Of a stretch of 64,000 bases of DNA, positions 50,802 to 64,000 are shown one piece after another. Both the position numbers and the translations under genes were made by a program. The stretch is from Balanoglossus misakiensis (lineage: Eukaryota; Animalia; Hemichordata): positions 6,408,266-6,472,265 of the forward strand of contig CM082591.2 of the NCBI GenBank assembly GCA_040954595.2, given 5' to 3'. The notes beneath the pieces were generated by a model, which searched no databases, had not been told where the DNA came from, and worked only from the letters and a program-made list of their open reading frames with translations. Numbering within the stretch: the stretch's first letter is position 1; each line of letters begins with the position of its first letter.

Positions 50802-53800
50802 TTACAGTGGAGTTCGGGGTCCACAATCAGCACAGTCGGTGCCGTAGTCGCAGACGCTGTATTGCGAATTGGGTCCGCCGTCATCGCATTCGTCGTCTGC
50901 GTTCCAATTGCAGGTGTACTCACACACGTCAGGGACAACTATTGGGCGTGGTCCGCAGTCAGCACAGTCGCTTCCGAACGCGCAGACGCTGTACAGCGAG
51001 TTGATTCCGCCGTCATCACATTCACCGTCGCCGTACCAAGAACAGGAAGTCTCGCACAATAATTGGGAAGCTATGCAAATGGAAAAAAAGGTACATGTAC
51101 TTGCTTCAGCCAGTTCCTTATTTCGTCACAAAGAACATCGGTATTAGACCAGAGATTTTCTATTCGAGAAAAGGTTGCACTATACTATACATGCGGTACG
51201 TCGTAAAGTATACTGTTTCGTGGCCAGTGTTTGATTGAAACACTCGATGTCGCCATCGTTGCTATATAGTATAATACTCAGTAAATTTTAAAATCAATCG
51301 CAACGCTGCCTTACTATAAAACCAATATTACATTTTCAACACTGGTTTGAAGGACGCATTTTATGTTTTAGAATATACTTATAGTGATATATATAAACTA
51401 TACGTAGTTTATAGAGAAAATATTACCTTGCTGGCAAACGAAATATCTTGGTGAGTCACATGGAGTATCGTCCCATTTGTGACCGGCTCCGGCCCTGCAT
51501 AATGATAAAGGACACAGATTAATAGAATCTCACACTCCCAAGGACCTGGGAGTGAATGAACGTTCAACCACACTCAACTTCCATCCAAATTGTAGACACA
51601 AGAGTGAAAAACTCGCCAAAAATGAATAAACGGTAAACACCGATTATTTATTTTGGCGAGATTTTTACTCTCATATCCTACAAACGGGATGGAAGATGTG
51701 TGTGGTTCAATGTTGATTCACTATATATCCACATGTACATTAATATAAACAGTGTCTTTTATCAAACATAATTAATGGAAAAAGGGGCAGTGAGAGAGAG
51801 AGACTTTGTCCCTTTAAGTAAACGTGTGAACTCACCACAGCTGTAAGCAACGACCACTTCCATTGGGTTCTCCACTTTGCCATGGCTGGTAACTACCCAG
51901 TGGGTTGCCCTCGGTGGTGACCCATGCATTAGACGAGTCTTGTCTGCCGTTTAACCAGATGTCTGATGATCCTACTCCACTGCTCTGGAGCAGTGCAACG
52001 ATAGTTGAATGCTTGTCTGCATTTGTGTCGTGGACTATGGCCATGCCGTTTGCCTGACATGTACTATATGCTGCTTCGAACGTCTTGGCTTCGGTGAATA
52101 ATCTCAGTTCTGCACAGATACAGGATATACATACGATAAGGTCAACGGTGGCAACTGTAGTGATGTATCGTTTTTTGGTAAATCTCTTTACAAGAAATCA
52201 CTACATTTGAACAAGCAAAAGACCGCTCATTTGAAAGAAATGCGGCGACTTACCACCATTATTTGCAGGAATATTTAGAAGCTTATTAGGTGTTGATGCA
52301 CGTTGGCTGTCGGTCAAACGAGACATATCAACTTTATCTGATGGGGCAGCGTCCAACAATTGACTCAACAGCGTGGTTTGAGTGAGAGATGAGTCCGCTT
52401 GAAGCATCAGAGCCGCAACACCTTCGGAAAGTAAAGACATTTTATATTGAGACGGATGGAAGTTATATACGTGTAGCGCCCTCACTCAGAAGCATTTGGA
52501 GGGGACAGCCTCACTTTGGAGAGGAAGCCATCTTTGATTTGGTATGTATGTCTTGTGAAGGTGCAGCATTGCACGTGTGGTATGTTCAGTGCTGAGAAAT
52601 GCAACGCCTTGTGCTCGTTTCAATATCACATGAACACGCGTGCTAGGGGGATGGGTGATTTCTTATGTCGGCAGAATTTGCCAAGCCACTAACCAGCTAC
52701 ATGAGGAGTTGCCATCGAGGTTCCACTCATAGTGGTGTAGCTGCCATCTCCGCTGTAGGAGGCGCTGTAGACGTCACTTCCGGGTGCCTGAATGTTGACG
52801 CAGCTGCCGTGATTTGAATAATAGGCCAAGTCATCATCGGATTCGGTCGCCCCTACTGTGATTGCCTGCAACGTAAAATATGAACAATGGTAGCTGCGAT
52901 AGAGAGGTGTATATTAAAACACACACAGTAATTTGCATTTGTTCAATGATTCAAGACGTACACTACGGAGTCCAACTGTTGATGTTCAATAACCATAATA
53001 TTATGGAATCCAAATCAGTCAGCAAAATACAAACACATACACCTCATTAACTCTAAAACCAGGGATTGTTTTACCAACAATCCTTTCACCCCAGTTCCTT
53101 CCATGCAGGTCCAACATTACCATAGAAAACAATGGGTTTGGACTGAACCATGGTGGTGGAAGGGGTGAGACACGCATAGTTCTCGGTCATGATTGCACGT
53201 CGACGTTCTACTCAAATCCCAATGCCTCGACGTATTTAAAGTATGTGTTTCCATACGTCAAATGTATTACCTCAGGAGCCGATGCAGGTGACCTGGTACA
53301 GGCGTCTGTATTCTCGTTTCCAGCGGCAACGACGACGATGTACCCAGCATCGGTTAAACGTTTGACTGCCAAATTCGAAGTTGTGGAGTGTCCACCGCCA
53401 AGCGACATGGAGACCACTGCTGGTTTCATATTGGAAGCGGCGACTGCGTCCATGCCTGCGAGAATAAGTAACGTCAGCCTGTATGTTCAAACGGTTCTGT
53501 ACGGATAGTACATTGTAATTTTCATTCACCATGTATCAAAACGAAGACAACTACAAAGTTGTACTTTTTTCGGACAATTTTAGCGCGATTTGTTTGCTAT
53601 ATCACAGACAAAGAGAAAGAATCTCTTTGTCTGTGTCTGTGACTATATACACACTGTTATAACCTGGTCTCACCTGCAACAACGCCACTGGTTGACCCAC
53701 TACCTTGGCAATTCAAAACACGACCCGCATACAAAGTAACACCAGGTGCAACGCCAACAGTGCTCCCGCCGATAGTACCAGCACAGTGAGTACCGTGTCC

Positions 53801-54869
53801 ATGACAGTCATTTCCCTGCAAAACGGATAGACCAAAGAGAAATATTAACACAAAACTTCTCAAATTGTCAAAAGATCCTGAAAAAAATATCGGTCGTATA
53901 TCTCTTAAGTTGTCTTGAAACACGGACGAGCGTTTTTCTTCTCATCTTTTATTATCATTTTATGCAGTGTAAAATTTTAGATTTTGTTTGCTGGTTTAAC
54001 ATAATTAGTAGAGTAACCGAACTGTTTCTAACAAAATTGCAATCTCTGCAATAAGGCAACATTGTATCTCTAAGACGGGCCTTAAATCTCAAACATTGGT
54101 TCAAACTTACATTTTGTCCATCTGAAAAGGCGTCGAAAAAGCTAAATGCTCTACCGCCAAACTCGTTATGTGAGAAACGTATGCCAGTATCCAAGACGAA
54201 GACATTCACTCCACTACCGTCCCCTATTAATAGAAGAAGTCGTGTATGTGGTCATCTTTGTCTAACCTATTAAAGTAATTGGTTGACAGCGAATGTGAAA
54301 TGGTAAGATAGCAAGTGTTATTATTACGGTTAATGATTTTATTTAACGTTAACTGAATACCGTATACCATATTGTGATAACCATACTGGTTACCCATGCA
54401 ATCAACTAGTGAAATCTAACGCACTAGTAGTAGTTGACTTAATCAAAAGCATTGCCTGTAATAAATCCACAACTTAATACAAGATTAAACCACTTTTCAA
54501 AAAATGTAAACTTAAGGGTAAAAGATATAAACCTTACCTAGTGGTGATGATGAATATATGTTATCCAAAGGCAGGTCTGCTTGATCAATCCTGTCCAAGC
54601 CCCATGTCACTGATCCATGGATAACTTCGTCTTCCTCAACAAACTCCACCTCATCCAACCAACGCAGCTAAATGAAAATAAAAATAAAAAGGATGATACT
54701 AATTACTACAAGGAAGGAAAATGCATGCATGCATGCATGCATACATACATACATACATACATACATACATACATACATACATACATACATACATACATAC
54801 ATACATACATACATACATACATACATACATACATACATACATACATACATACATACATACATACACACA

Positions 54870-54901
<32 letters not shown>

Positions 54902-54910
54902 CACACACAT

Positions 54911-54941
<31 letters not shown>

Positions 54942-55745
54942 GGAAGACAGACATATGACCAGAGGCTTTGAAAACAACGAATCTTACTATTTCGACTGCG
55001 TCTGCGGGAACTCTTGCAACAAAACCTTTCATCAGACTAGTCACATCTACTTGGAAGTCTATATGCAATCCACGTTGTTCAGCAAGCTCCTGGAATCTTC
55101 TTTCGAAAGCTGCCAATTCTTCATCGGTAAGACCGTCCTGAACGATAAATGAATTTTAATGAATACACACTATCAAACTCAGAAATATTTTACATGAACC
55201 ATTGAACTTGGACACGGTCATAGAATAGCAACGACCAAACGTTTTGAACATATGTCCTTAGTATGTGTACAACTTGTACAACAAACGAATGAATGGCTTT
55301 CGTTCTACTTTTTCACTTTAATGATTTTACTTATCATTTACTATATCGAAGTTTCGGTACGTCATATACAAAATATACTACGACCAAGCGTGTTTTCATA
55401 GGTTATTGTTTTTCCAACATTCACAACTAGCCATTTCACTCGGATCAAAGCATAGTATTATCGCAAATGTGATTAATTTTACATGCTACACAGAAGCGAC
55501 ATGCATTTCTGTATACTAAAAAATCGCTTCCTTACCCTCAGTTTGACTATGTATTCATCGTCTATCCGTTCTTCTCCGGCGTGGATCAATGGAGCTTGAG
55601 TTTCACGTTTCACGAAGCTCGGACGCAGCGCACGGATTCTTCGCTCTTCCGCAACCTTCCTCTTATTTTTGCCGGCTGCTGTGATCTGCACCACAAGCAG
55701 TGCAAACACGCAGAACCAAATCGCCGCGGATCGCGTTGTGATCAT
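50802..55745 (-). CDS. Secreted S8A subtilisin #3: signal + I9 + catalytic domain + C-type lectin (EPN/WDD) + 2 Cys-rich CDDGG repeats, ~626 aa
   Basis: Exons 55745-55536, 55137-54988, 54667-54538, 54223-54111, 53815-53674, 53455-53271, 52865-52694, 52421-52254, 52109-51836, 51494-51427, 51070-50802 (1881 nt, open). Triad motifs DTG, HGTH, GTSMATP and oxyanion AAGN are present. Confidence 0.92.
51551..51817 (-). mobile_element. Hairpin-forming interspersed element ending in ...GACTTTGTCCCT-TTAA; related fragments at ~9139-9210, ~28200-28376, ~59342-59410
   Basis: Internal inverted arms 51551-51630 / 51645-51722. The terminus TTAAAGGGACAAAGTCTCT (or a close variant) followed by ..accgtttat is shared by four loci. 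Confidence 0.75.
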
Positions 55746-58307
55746 GATCGTCTGAAATGCCATGATGAGAGAAAAAAACATGTTATTTAAGATAAAAGTG
55801 CACGAAACTGATATATGTTTCTTGATTTACTCGGTAAAACGTTTTTCCTTATTGGATGACAGTTTCTTAATGCAACTCATGTCATTTCATGGAAATCGAC
55901 AGAAACAAAAAAAGTCATCTAATGCTACTACTGAATAGTTTAAGCTTCAAGAACCATACCTTTGTTTTCCTCGATGTTTGAAACACAGTTGAAGGAGGTC
56001 CAGCAAGAGACTCTGCTTACCAGTGTTGATGCAACGAAGTGCAGTAACTTTCTCCTCAGAACATTGGCTTTATAAATGCACTGCTGCGTTAATTAGCCTT
56101 GGTCCCAAAATAAATTTTCATGCATACAAAATACATTTTAACCTATTTAATGAATTGATTTCCATCAATTTTATGTTTTCCTTCTGAATGAGAGATAAAT
56201 CATCCAGACACACAAAAGAGATTTGCATTTCTTAGTGACAATCCGCCTACATGCTCTTCGCCAGTGCCACGTCAGCCAAACTGTGGATATTTTTTTAAAA
56301 CTGCTGTAAACATGAGGGTTTGCCTTGCTGAGCTTTACACGAGCGCTCCCTGGGAGTTCAGGATTCATTCATTCATTCATTCATTCATTCATTCATTCAT
56401 TCATTCATTCATTCATTCATTCATTCATTCATTCATTCACTCGTTCGTTCGTTCATTCATTCATCCATCCATCCATCCATCCATCCATCCATCCATCCGT
56501 CCGTCCGTCCGTCCGTCCGTCCGTCCATTCATTCATTCATTCATCCATCCATCCATCCATCCATCCATCCATCCATCCATCCATCCATCCATCCATCCAT
56601 CCATCCATTCATTCATTCATTCATTCATTCATTCATTCATTCATTCATTCATTCATTCATTCATTCATTCATTCATTCATTCATTCATTCATTCATTCAT
56701 TCATTCATTCATTCAATTCATTTATTTATTTACAACTTTAAAGAGCGTCCGAGTCACCTGTTGAGTATATTAATCAGGGCTCGTACAACACAATAGAATA
56801 CATTGGGAAAAATGAAAAGTGATTCTAAATCATGATAAAATTTTAGGGGAACTCTCTTAGCAGAGTTTTCTACAATGTAAGCATATTTTGCCCTAGGATG
56901 TAAGCAAGTCCAAGCGTTTGAAGTATTCTCTCACGAGCGCTAGTGTAGCATCTTTGGGATACAGGGAGAGGTGGGATATACCGTTATAGGCATATAATAC
57001 AAAATTCGTTGTCTAACCGATAACACATATGTTACAGCAGATATTTGACCAAATGTTGAGAAAACATTGGGGGTATTCAAATAACACACGCAAAGCTCTC
57101 TTTTGCAAAATAAATATGTTATCTTAATTATGCCATGTCGTATTACGCCAAACAATTATCGCCATCTATACCTCGCACGATTATTAACAACAGGTAGTTG
57201 TGGAAGTTACATTCTGTAGCTGCTGCAACTGGAATCATATGAAAATGGGTTTGTAACCATTTACGATGGGTGCGGCTTTATTAAACTTAGTCATCGGATA
57301 TTAATATTTTGATATTTCCCGTGTGTGTGGGGGGGTGTCTGTGTGTCTGTGTGTGTGTCCGTGTGTTTCGTGAATCCACAAATATACCTGCCACGACATC
57401 CTATAAAATATCTCATGCATATTAAATACTTTGACCTATAGAATGAATTGTTTTCCATCAGTTTTATGTTTCAATCTGAACGAGCGAGGGATAAATCACC
57501 CAGACATGATGTCCGCACAATAGACGAGTTGTCTTTCTTAATGACATTCCGCCTACATGCTCTTCACCAATGCAACGTCAGCCATACTGTGGGTCTGCTT
57601 TGTGAAGAAGCCTGGGTTTTTTCTTGCTGGGTTTTGTATGCGTGTTCTCTTTGAGTTCAGGAATTACCATTATCGCCATCTATATCTCGCAGTATTTTTA
57701 ACAAAACGGGAATAGCGATAGTTGCGGAAGTTGAATTTTGTAACTTTATCTACACCTGCTGCAACTGGAATCATATGCAAATACGCCTGTAACTTGACAC
57801 TTTTTGCAGCGACCATTTTACGATGGGTGTGGCATTAACTCATACTCTCAATATGTAGACTGAGTTAAATAGATTATACATGTATCATGTGCGCATCTTT
57901 CTCTGTGTGTATGTCTGCGTGTGTGTGTCTGTGTGCGCTTATGTGTGTCTAGTGAACACAGAAATATATTTGCCATCACGACATCGGATATTAATATTTA
58001 AAATTTTCCTGCAGTAATCGCTTTCGCTTTCATCAAACTTCTAATTTGAAACTTTCTATACCCGCATATATTACTTTGCTTGGTAATTGATTTTCTTTGT
58101 CTGTGATATATCAAAAATACTACTACACAAGTACACAACATTAACTAAAACTAAAAATAAAGTAACACGCAAACTCGGCGTTTCCAACATACTGGGCGAA
58201 TAATGCTTATGTTGGCTGGGATACTGTTGTCCAAAAGAGCATTGGAATATTTCGCAGTCATATTTCTGCGTTACCAAAACGACACAATTTCAGGTTTAAC
58301 GGAAACA

Positions 58308-58565
58308 TACGTGACCCATGATTTCCTTCATAAGCAAACTCGGGAACGAGGCTGCTATAGGGGTTAGCGCCCTCAGGCGGTCTTGGAGAGATATAGTGAT
58401 CGCCTTCTGGGTGATACGGGGTGGTGTGTGTTTTGGCAAGACTGGTCATTTTGCATTCTTCTTCAATATATTCGTAAGATATCTCTCCAAATCGCCTGAG
58501 GGCGCTTACCCCTATAGCAGCCTCGTTCCCGAGCTTACTTATGAAAAAAAACTTGGGTCACACAT
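58308..58565. mobile_element. MITE with ~85-bp TIRs
   Basis: gtgaccca...ctcgggaacgaggctgctataggggttagcgccctcaggcg...ttggagagatat mirrors atatctctccaa..cgcctgagggcgcttacccctatagcagcctcgttcccgag...tgggtcac. Confidence 0.88.
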
Positions 58566-61284
58566 AGCATTTAAGGGCTTATGAATTTTAGTAGCAACTT
58601 ATGAATTGTCCGATAAGGGTTTCTATTCAGTCATCAAATCATCTATATTGAAGTGCTTCCTAAACTATCGCATTACGAAAGGTCCAGAGTAGTCACCCTG
58701 ACAAGGAAGGTGTTCCTGTATAGGTCAGGTTAACCTACATTAAGAAAGAGATAAACCCGGATGTAGGCATGGTTATCAAACTCCACAGCCTCATATGTAT
58801 AAATGTGTTAACACTCTTTTGGAATATGATGTCATTTTCTTGAAATGTTCACAAAAGGTGCCAGAATAGGAGTAAGCTGTATCACAAGTTAATTTCAAAA
58901 TTCGGCCTGTCTCGTTCACATAGTCACTTCCGTAGTTTTTTCCCCTTTGTGGAGTACCAGTAACATTCTACAACATAGCTATTTTTCAAAACAACTATTA
59001 AATACAGCAAAAACCAATTACCGAGTAAACCTCGTTTTTTGATTAAACACCCGATGTAAAAATAAAGGCTTTGTTGGGATTTCAATTCAATGTATTTTTA
59101 TTTTTTATGTTGCTGGCACCCAAGGTGCAAATGAAATTAATGAAATTTTAAATATGTCAATCCTGTTTGCTGATCGTAGAAATGGGAGCTGATATGTTGG
59201 TAGGAAAATAAAATAACTTTTAATTTATGTTATAAAGTGATGACGAGGAATCTGGGAATGAAGGCTGTGAGATATTATAAGTGATAAACATCAAATTCCC
59301 TGGCGTTCATGGTAAGGAAAATGTGTAATTACTTACAGAGGTTAAAGGGACAAAGTCTCTCTCTCTTGCTATTATGTTTGATGCAAGACACCGTTTATAT
59401 TATTCTACTAATTTAATTTCTTTTGGTGGTAACAATTGTGCTAGTATAAGCCCTAGGGCTGTGTTAACTTCCACCCCAAAGCATCTGCGTGGACGCATCT
59501 GCTTCTCAGTCCAACATTGGAGGTGTGCTCAGGCCAATCAGACGCAGGTCTCAAAAAGACTCCCCAGCACAGCCCGAACGGAGGTCTCAAAAAGACTCCC
59601 CAGCACAGCCCAAGTTCAAACTCACTGCAGTCTGGTACGTATTGATTGACTGTCAGCTGTAGCGCACATGCTATGGTGTTATTCTGTCTTTCTAGAAAAG
59701 TCAAAACGTATCGGTAATATTTTCTATGGTTGTCCTTTCTGTCTGGGAATATTTCAACTCCGAATGACTTAAGTTAGTATTATCGACTGGTTTTCTGTGC
59801 AACTTGACCGATGTTTAATATTATGATACGTATAACCAACTACACGGTGAGTCAAGATTCGGACAGAATGATCATGGCCTGTCCATATATTTCTCCAGCA
59901 AACGTGTAAGAGATTTAGGGGTTGTATTAGAAAGTACATTAAACATTTCAATCGCCAACTTCAAGATAATGTTGCTTGCTAATAACGGACAATTGGGGGT
60001 TACTGAACAGAGCACCACCCTCAGCATTCTTCTAAACCACACGGCACCACAAAAGCAAGCCCTCTTTTATGGTCTGCTATAACCTAAGGACACAGTGGAA
60101 ACTAATAAAACCGGTAGACCTCCACTCGTCTATTGTCTGGGCGGATTACAGTAATACCATTCAATTACCTTAGGAAAGGCTATATGTATTATAAGACTTT
60201 CTACTGAATACACGGTGGCAGTCTCAAATGAAACACGATACACTGGGCTATGTTCTTTTTAAAATAAGCGTTTCATCGGTTCAAACTAAGATACCTCAAC
60301 CTGAACAAATGTACACGTTTGATACATTTCTTAACTAACTTTGTGTTGCTTGGCTACGTTATTTTTTCTGCTTTTATGGTCGTATAAAATTATTGATAAA
60401 CAACCTGTGATGGCGTACTTTTCCTTTCGAATAAAAGATTGACCGAGAATACGCGTGCCATGGAAAGGTCAGAGATCCTATCTGTCACGGGATCCGCGAT
60501 GTGAAGCTATGGTCCCGCTTTACTGTCATTCATGCTTTTGTATTAATACATTAACCTATAATGCATTCTGTTAAATCGTGTCCATTTTTGCTCCACTAAA
60601 ATCCTCAAAAGATAAAAATATACAATACAAACTCAAGTTTGGCCCCGTGGTATTCAAACATGGTCGTCCAAAAAGCAGGATTTAAAAGAATTCCATGAAG
60701 AATTGACGTCACACCTTTTCTTATATTTTTTCTCAACATTTTGCACACACACACACATACACACTTAGCTCTAATAATCAAGGCCTCAGGAAACACCAAT
60801 ACCAACGGCAAGGATACACTGTTACCATGGCAGATAACACGGTCTTTACAAACATCTACACAACAAAAACACAAATCCTTGCAAAGTACAGGCATTAAAT
60901 AGTAGAAATTAATGTTGTCTTCTGGTAAGGATTAGATTAAACACTTCAAAATTCACACGGCCCTCCCCAAGATTTTCGTAAATCAGTGGACTCTCATCGT
61001 CTGTGTTCAGCACCTAGTTAATATCGTAAATTCCTAAAACTTGTGATTGTTTTAGTTTTTTTTATTTATGAGAATTGAAGGGGGCTATTCGTGCTGCACA
61101 TGTGGGACTTTCTGATTATAAACACACAAAGGGTACCGTGTTTATCAATCCCCACTGTTCATAGAGACCTTGCCAACCAACGTTCTATCAAAGTAACTCG
61201 GAATGTGATACACTTAGCGACATATTGTCTGCCGTGATGTAACAATGTAATACAAAGTAGCAAGCATATTGTTTTCAACACATG

Positions 61285-61335
61285 TTTTTTACCTCGCGTA
61301 ACAGCGAGGTCATGTTTTTGCCCCCTCTGTGTGTA

Positions 61336-61380
<45 letters not shown>

Positions 61381-61500
61381 TTCCACGATTTCTGATCAGA
61401 TTTCGATCAGTTTTGGTACTCAGGTTCGATATACGAATGGCAAGAACTGATGTATTAGTATTTTAGTGACAGCGGACAGCAAATTAATCGAGTTATGACA
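61285..61500 (+). mobile_element. Possible DINE/HINE-like (Helentron-associated) non-autonomous element fragment
   Basis: T-run, short stem-loop acctcgc..gcgaggt, then a (GTCT)n microsatellite. The layout resembles that class; it is not confirmed by homology. Confidence 0.45.
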
Positions 61501-62078
61501 AAATAAAAATAGCCCTCAATGCAACCCTATGAAGGACGGTGTCAAGGCACCTCAAAAGATAAAAATATGCATACAAACTCAAGCATGACTGCGTGAGAAT
61601 TCATCATGGCCTCCCAGAAAGCAGGACTTAAAGGAATTCTGATGACTATTAGAAAATGCATCTTGTCTAGAGATGTTTGGATTTTTTGTTATTTATGTGG
61701 TCATTTTCGACCACCAAGTGCCTATTTGCCAAAATAATTCTAACCTCTGGGTCGCATTTCTTATGGAATTACTTTGTGGGGGGGATATTCGGCAATTTTA
61801 CGAGTACTTAGGATAACGCAAAATGTGTTTTACAGAAAATGCATTTCAGGCTGCGGGCACAGTCTACGCAAAACACTTAATAATGGCATGGTCAGTGTAT
61901 AAAGTTTGGGCGGCAAAAGAAACAAAATCACGCCATGGCAAGAAAGCTTTTACCTGCAGTGAGGATCGGCAAAAAAATCACTACTTGCATTTGAATTCAA
62001 CAAATGGCAATGTGGTAAGTCCTGCCTTATCCGGGAGATTACACACACAAACAAGTTGTGATTACAAAGTTTGTTCAG

Positions 62079-63101
62079 GGGACTCGCCAATAAAAATCAA
62101 ACGGTTTGCGGATCCAACGGTAGAGCTCGCTGCCGAGACTTGCCGGCGTCACCCCAGTTCGGAGAAGCTCCGTGAAAGTGAAGATGCGAAACAACAAAGT
62201 AGAACCAGTTCGGGCCAAGGTAAGCGAAAAGCGCAAATATGGAATTGAAATGAACAATATTTGTAGTCGCACTCCATCCTGTTGATAATAAGTGCATTAT
62301 ATGTCTATGGCACGTTAGGGCATTCGCCATAGTAAACATCTATGGGCTTCAGGACGATTTTGGCCAGGTTATCTAATATCAAGCTGGAGACACATGTTTG
62401 TAACACATAGCATTATCAATGAAGCTATTGCAACCGTTCAGTGTAAACTATGTGATTTTTATTCTGTTGTATACCAGTCCTATATCTGTGTAATCCCCAA
62501 ATGGGATCACAATGTCCTTGACGCAATGTTTCTGCTAAATTTATGAGAATTGAACGGGGCTCATCTTTTCTGCACATGTGGGACTTTCTTATCAAACTTC
62601 TTCCCACTGTTCCCGGAGACCTAGTCATCCAATATATACGTAGGCTGGCTGTCTTGTCGTGTTTAATAGCTGCAGACTGCGAAGACAGGCTGAGTTGCCT
62701 GGCGTCGAGCCACGCACATCGGGTGTGTCCGTTCAGCTGGCCGCAAAGAGCTGGCCTGGGTCACGGGGAAAATCAAAGCAATACACGTATATTAAAACCG
62801 CAATAGTCTTGTGCAAAATAGCATGGCCATACATTATCCAATACACGGACATTCCTTGACGCAAACGTGGGAAACATGAGCACGCATTCTCTGACACAAT
62901 GCGACAATGCCACCATCCACAGGTAGATAGACCGCGCCGTCTTGGCACTCTTTAGCCTGCAGGCGCAATGGTTTATTTGGTTTGCTCCACAGACAGATGT
63001 CCATACGGGCCAAAAACGGCGGCGGAAGGTTATCATCGGAGCCCTTCTCACCACGGGGCTGATACTCGCTGGTGGTGGTGCTGCGGTTGGACTATTTGCT
63101 G
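62079..63101 (+). CDS. Putative 5' exons of a type II membrane protein (candidate exons 62079-62219 and 62993/62997-63101)
   Basis: The exon bounded by ccacag/gtatgt encodes DVHTGQKRRRK-VIIGALLTTGLILAGGGAAVGLFA, a basic cluster followed by a TM helix. The upstream candidate exon ends CAAG|gtaagc in a compatible phase with the 62997 acceptor. Confidence 0.4.
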
Positions 63102-64000
63102 GTATGTGCAACTCAATCACGGTTAGATCGAACCGACATATTGTTATGTTATTTCTCTTATATACACGTAACACGTGACGGCTGATCAGATAACTTCTAT
63201 ATATTAAAGTGTATAATCATACCAACTAAGTTGAGCGTTGTTTTCCTCCTTATGTTTGGCCTTGGTGAAACAGGACTGCCGACTGGAAATCCTGAGACAA
63301 CGCCCATGCCATTGCATACAACACAACCATCGCGCCCAGGTAATTGATAACATAATCTCAGTCCTTTTCAAATTAAACGTACTAAAAGTATTGCCATGCA
63401 AGATGACCTCAGTGTTTTAATAGTTAGACAATACAAACGCTTTAATTACAAAATTCTGGTGGATTCTCAATAATTCGAGTTATCACATATATATCACTGA
63501 TACCCTGTGAATGCAAATTTGTGTATAAACTGTATGGTGATTCTAGTGGGTTGTGATTTGGTGATCCCTCTGTGTGTGTGAATGGATTGGCTTCCATCTA
63601 TCCGTATGGTTATTTTGTTTTTCATATCATAATCGGCCATTTTAACCACTACTCTTGAACACACGGCGTACGCTGTTGTTGTGTCAGTGACACCAATAAC
63701 TGCAATATTGTAACATCTGTCCAACTCATGTTATCTGTATGACCATCTTGCGAACTGTAAAATAGACACGAGCACGAAATGACGTGGTAAAATCTCTTTT
63801 TCTTTCAAGCATTGATCAGTGCGACTCCAACCCTCCGCGCCCACCCTGATTATATCCCTGGTGTTGTGCAAGGTCGGCAGAATGACTTCCATTTGAACGT
63901 CGAACTGCCGATTGTTTACGCCAGCCGAACAGTAGAGGGCACTGCATCGGATTTGTTTTCAATCAGCGCTTTCCTGGCTGTGTCTGACGTCAGCGTGGAT

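Larger units (their letters stand above)
39100..58175. repeat. Tandem segmental duplication: protease #2 unit (~39100-47760) and protease #3 unit (~50790-58175), each including ~2 kb of upstream DNA
   Basis: Introns and upstream sequence align at an offset of ~10.2-10.6 kb over most of the unit (larger at the 3' ends), e.g. 44010-44180 vs 54230-54400 and 47660-47760 vs 58070-58180. Confidence 0.9.

Noticed and set aside
18781-55745. Calling the proteases PCSK9 or bacterial contamination
   Set aside because: They lack the PCSK9 C-terminal Cys/His-rich domain, and they have many canonical spliceosomal introns embedded in animal-type repeats.

Overview
AT-rich, intron-containing animal genomic DNA. 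It is probably from a marine invertebrate such as a hemichordate-type deuterostome, which is an inference from the gene repertoire and not proven. From left to right: the 5' four exons of an arylsulfatase B-like gene (-); two tandem NXPE-family genes (+), each with a (GTAT)n array starting exactly at the first coding-exon splice donor; and a minus-strand cluster of secreted proteinase K/aqualysin-type (S8A) subtilisins. All three full proteases share an I9 propeptide plus Asp/His/Ser core but carry different phase-1-spliced C-terminal modules: 2x PAN/Apple; 2x C-type lectin; or C-type lectin + 2x Cys-rich CDDGG repeat. Inside the cluster are an intact 3-exon gene encoding only signal peptide + I9 propeptide (candidate stand-alone inhibitor/chaperone) and a double five-repeat tectonin/tachylectin-like propeller gene. 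The middle protease is a gene-conversion mosaic with altered substrate-pocket residues and a frameshifted relic tail exon. Numerous MITE/foldback elements, satellites and microsatellites are present. Exon boundaries were read by eye from GT..AG sites and frame continuity.
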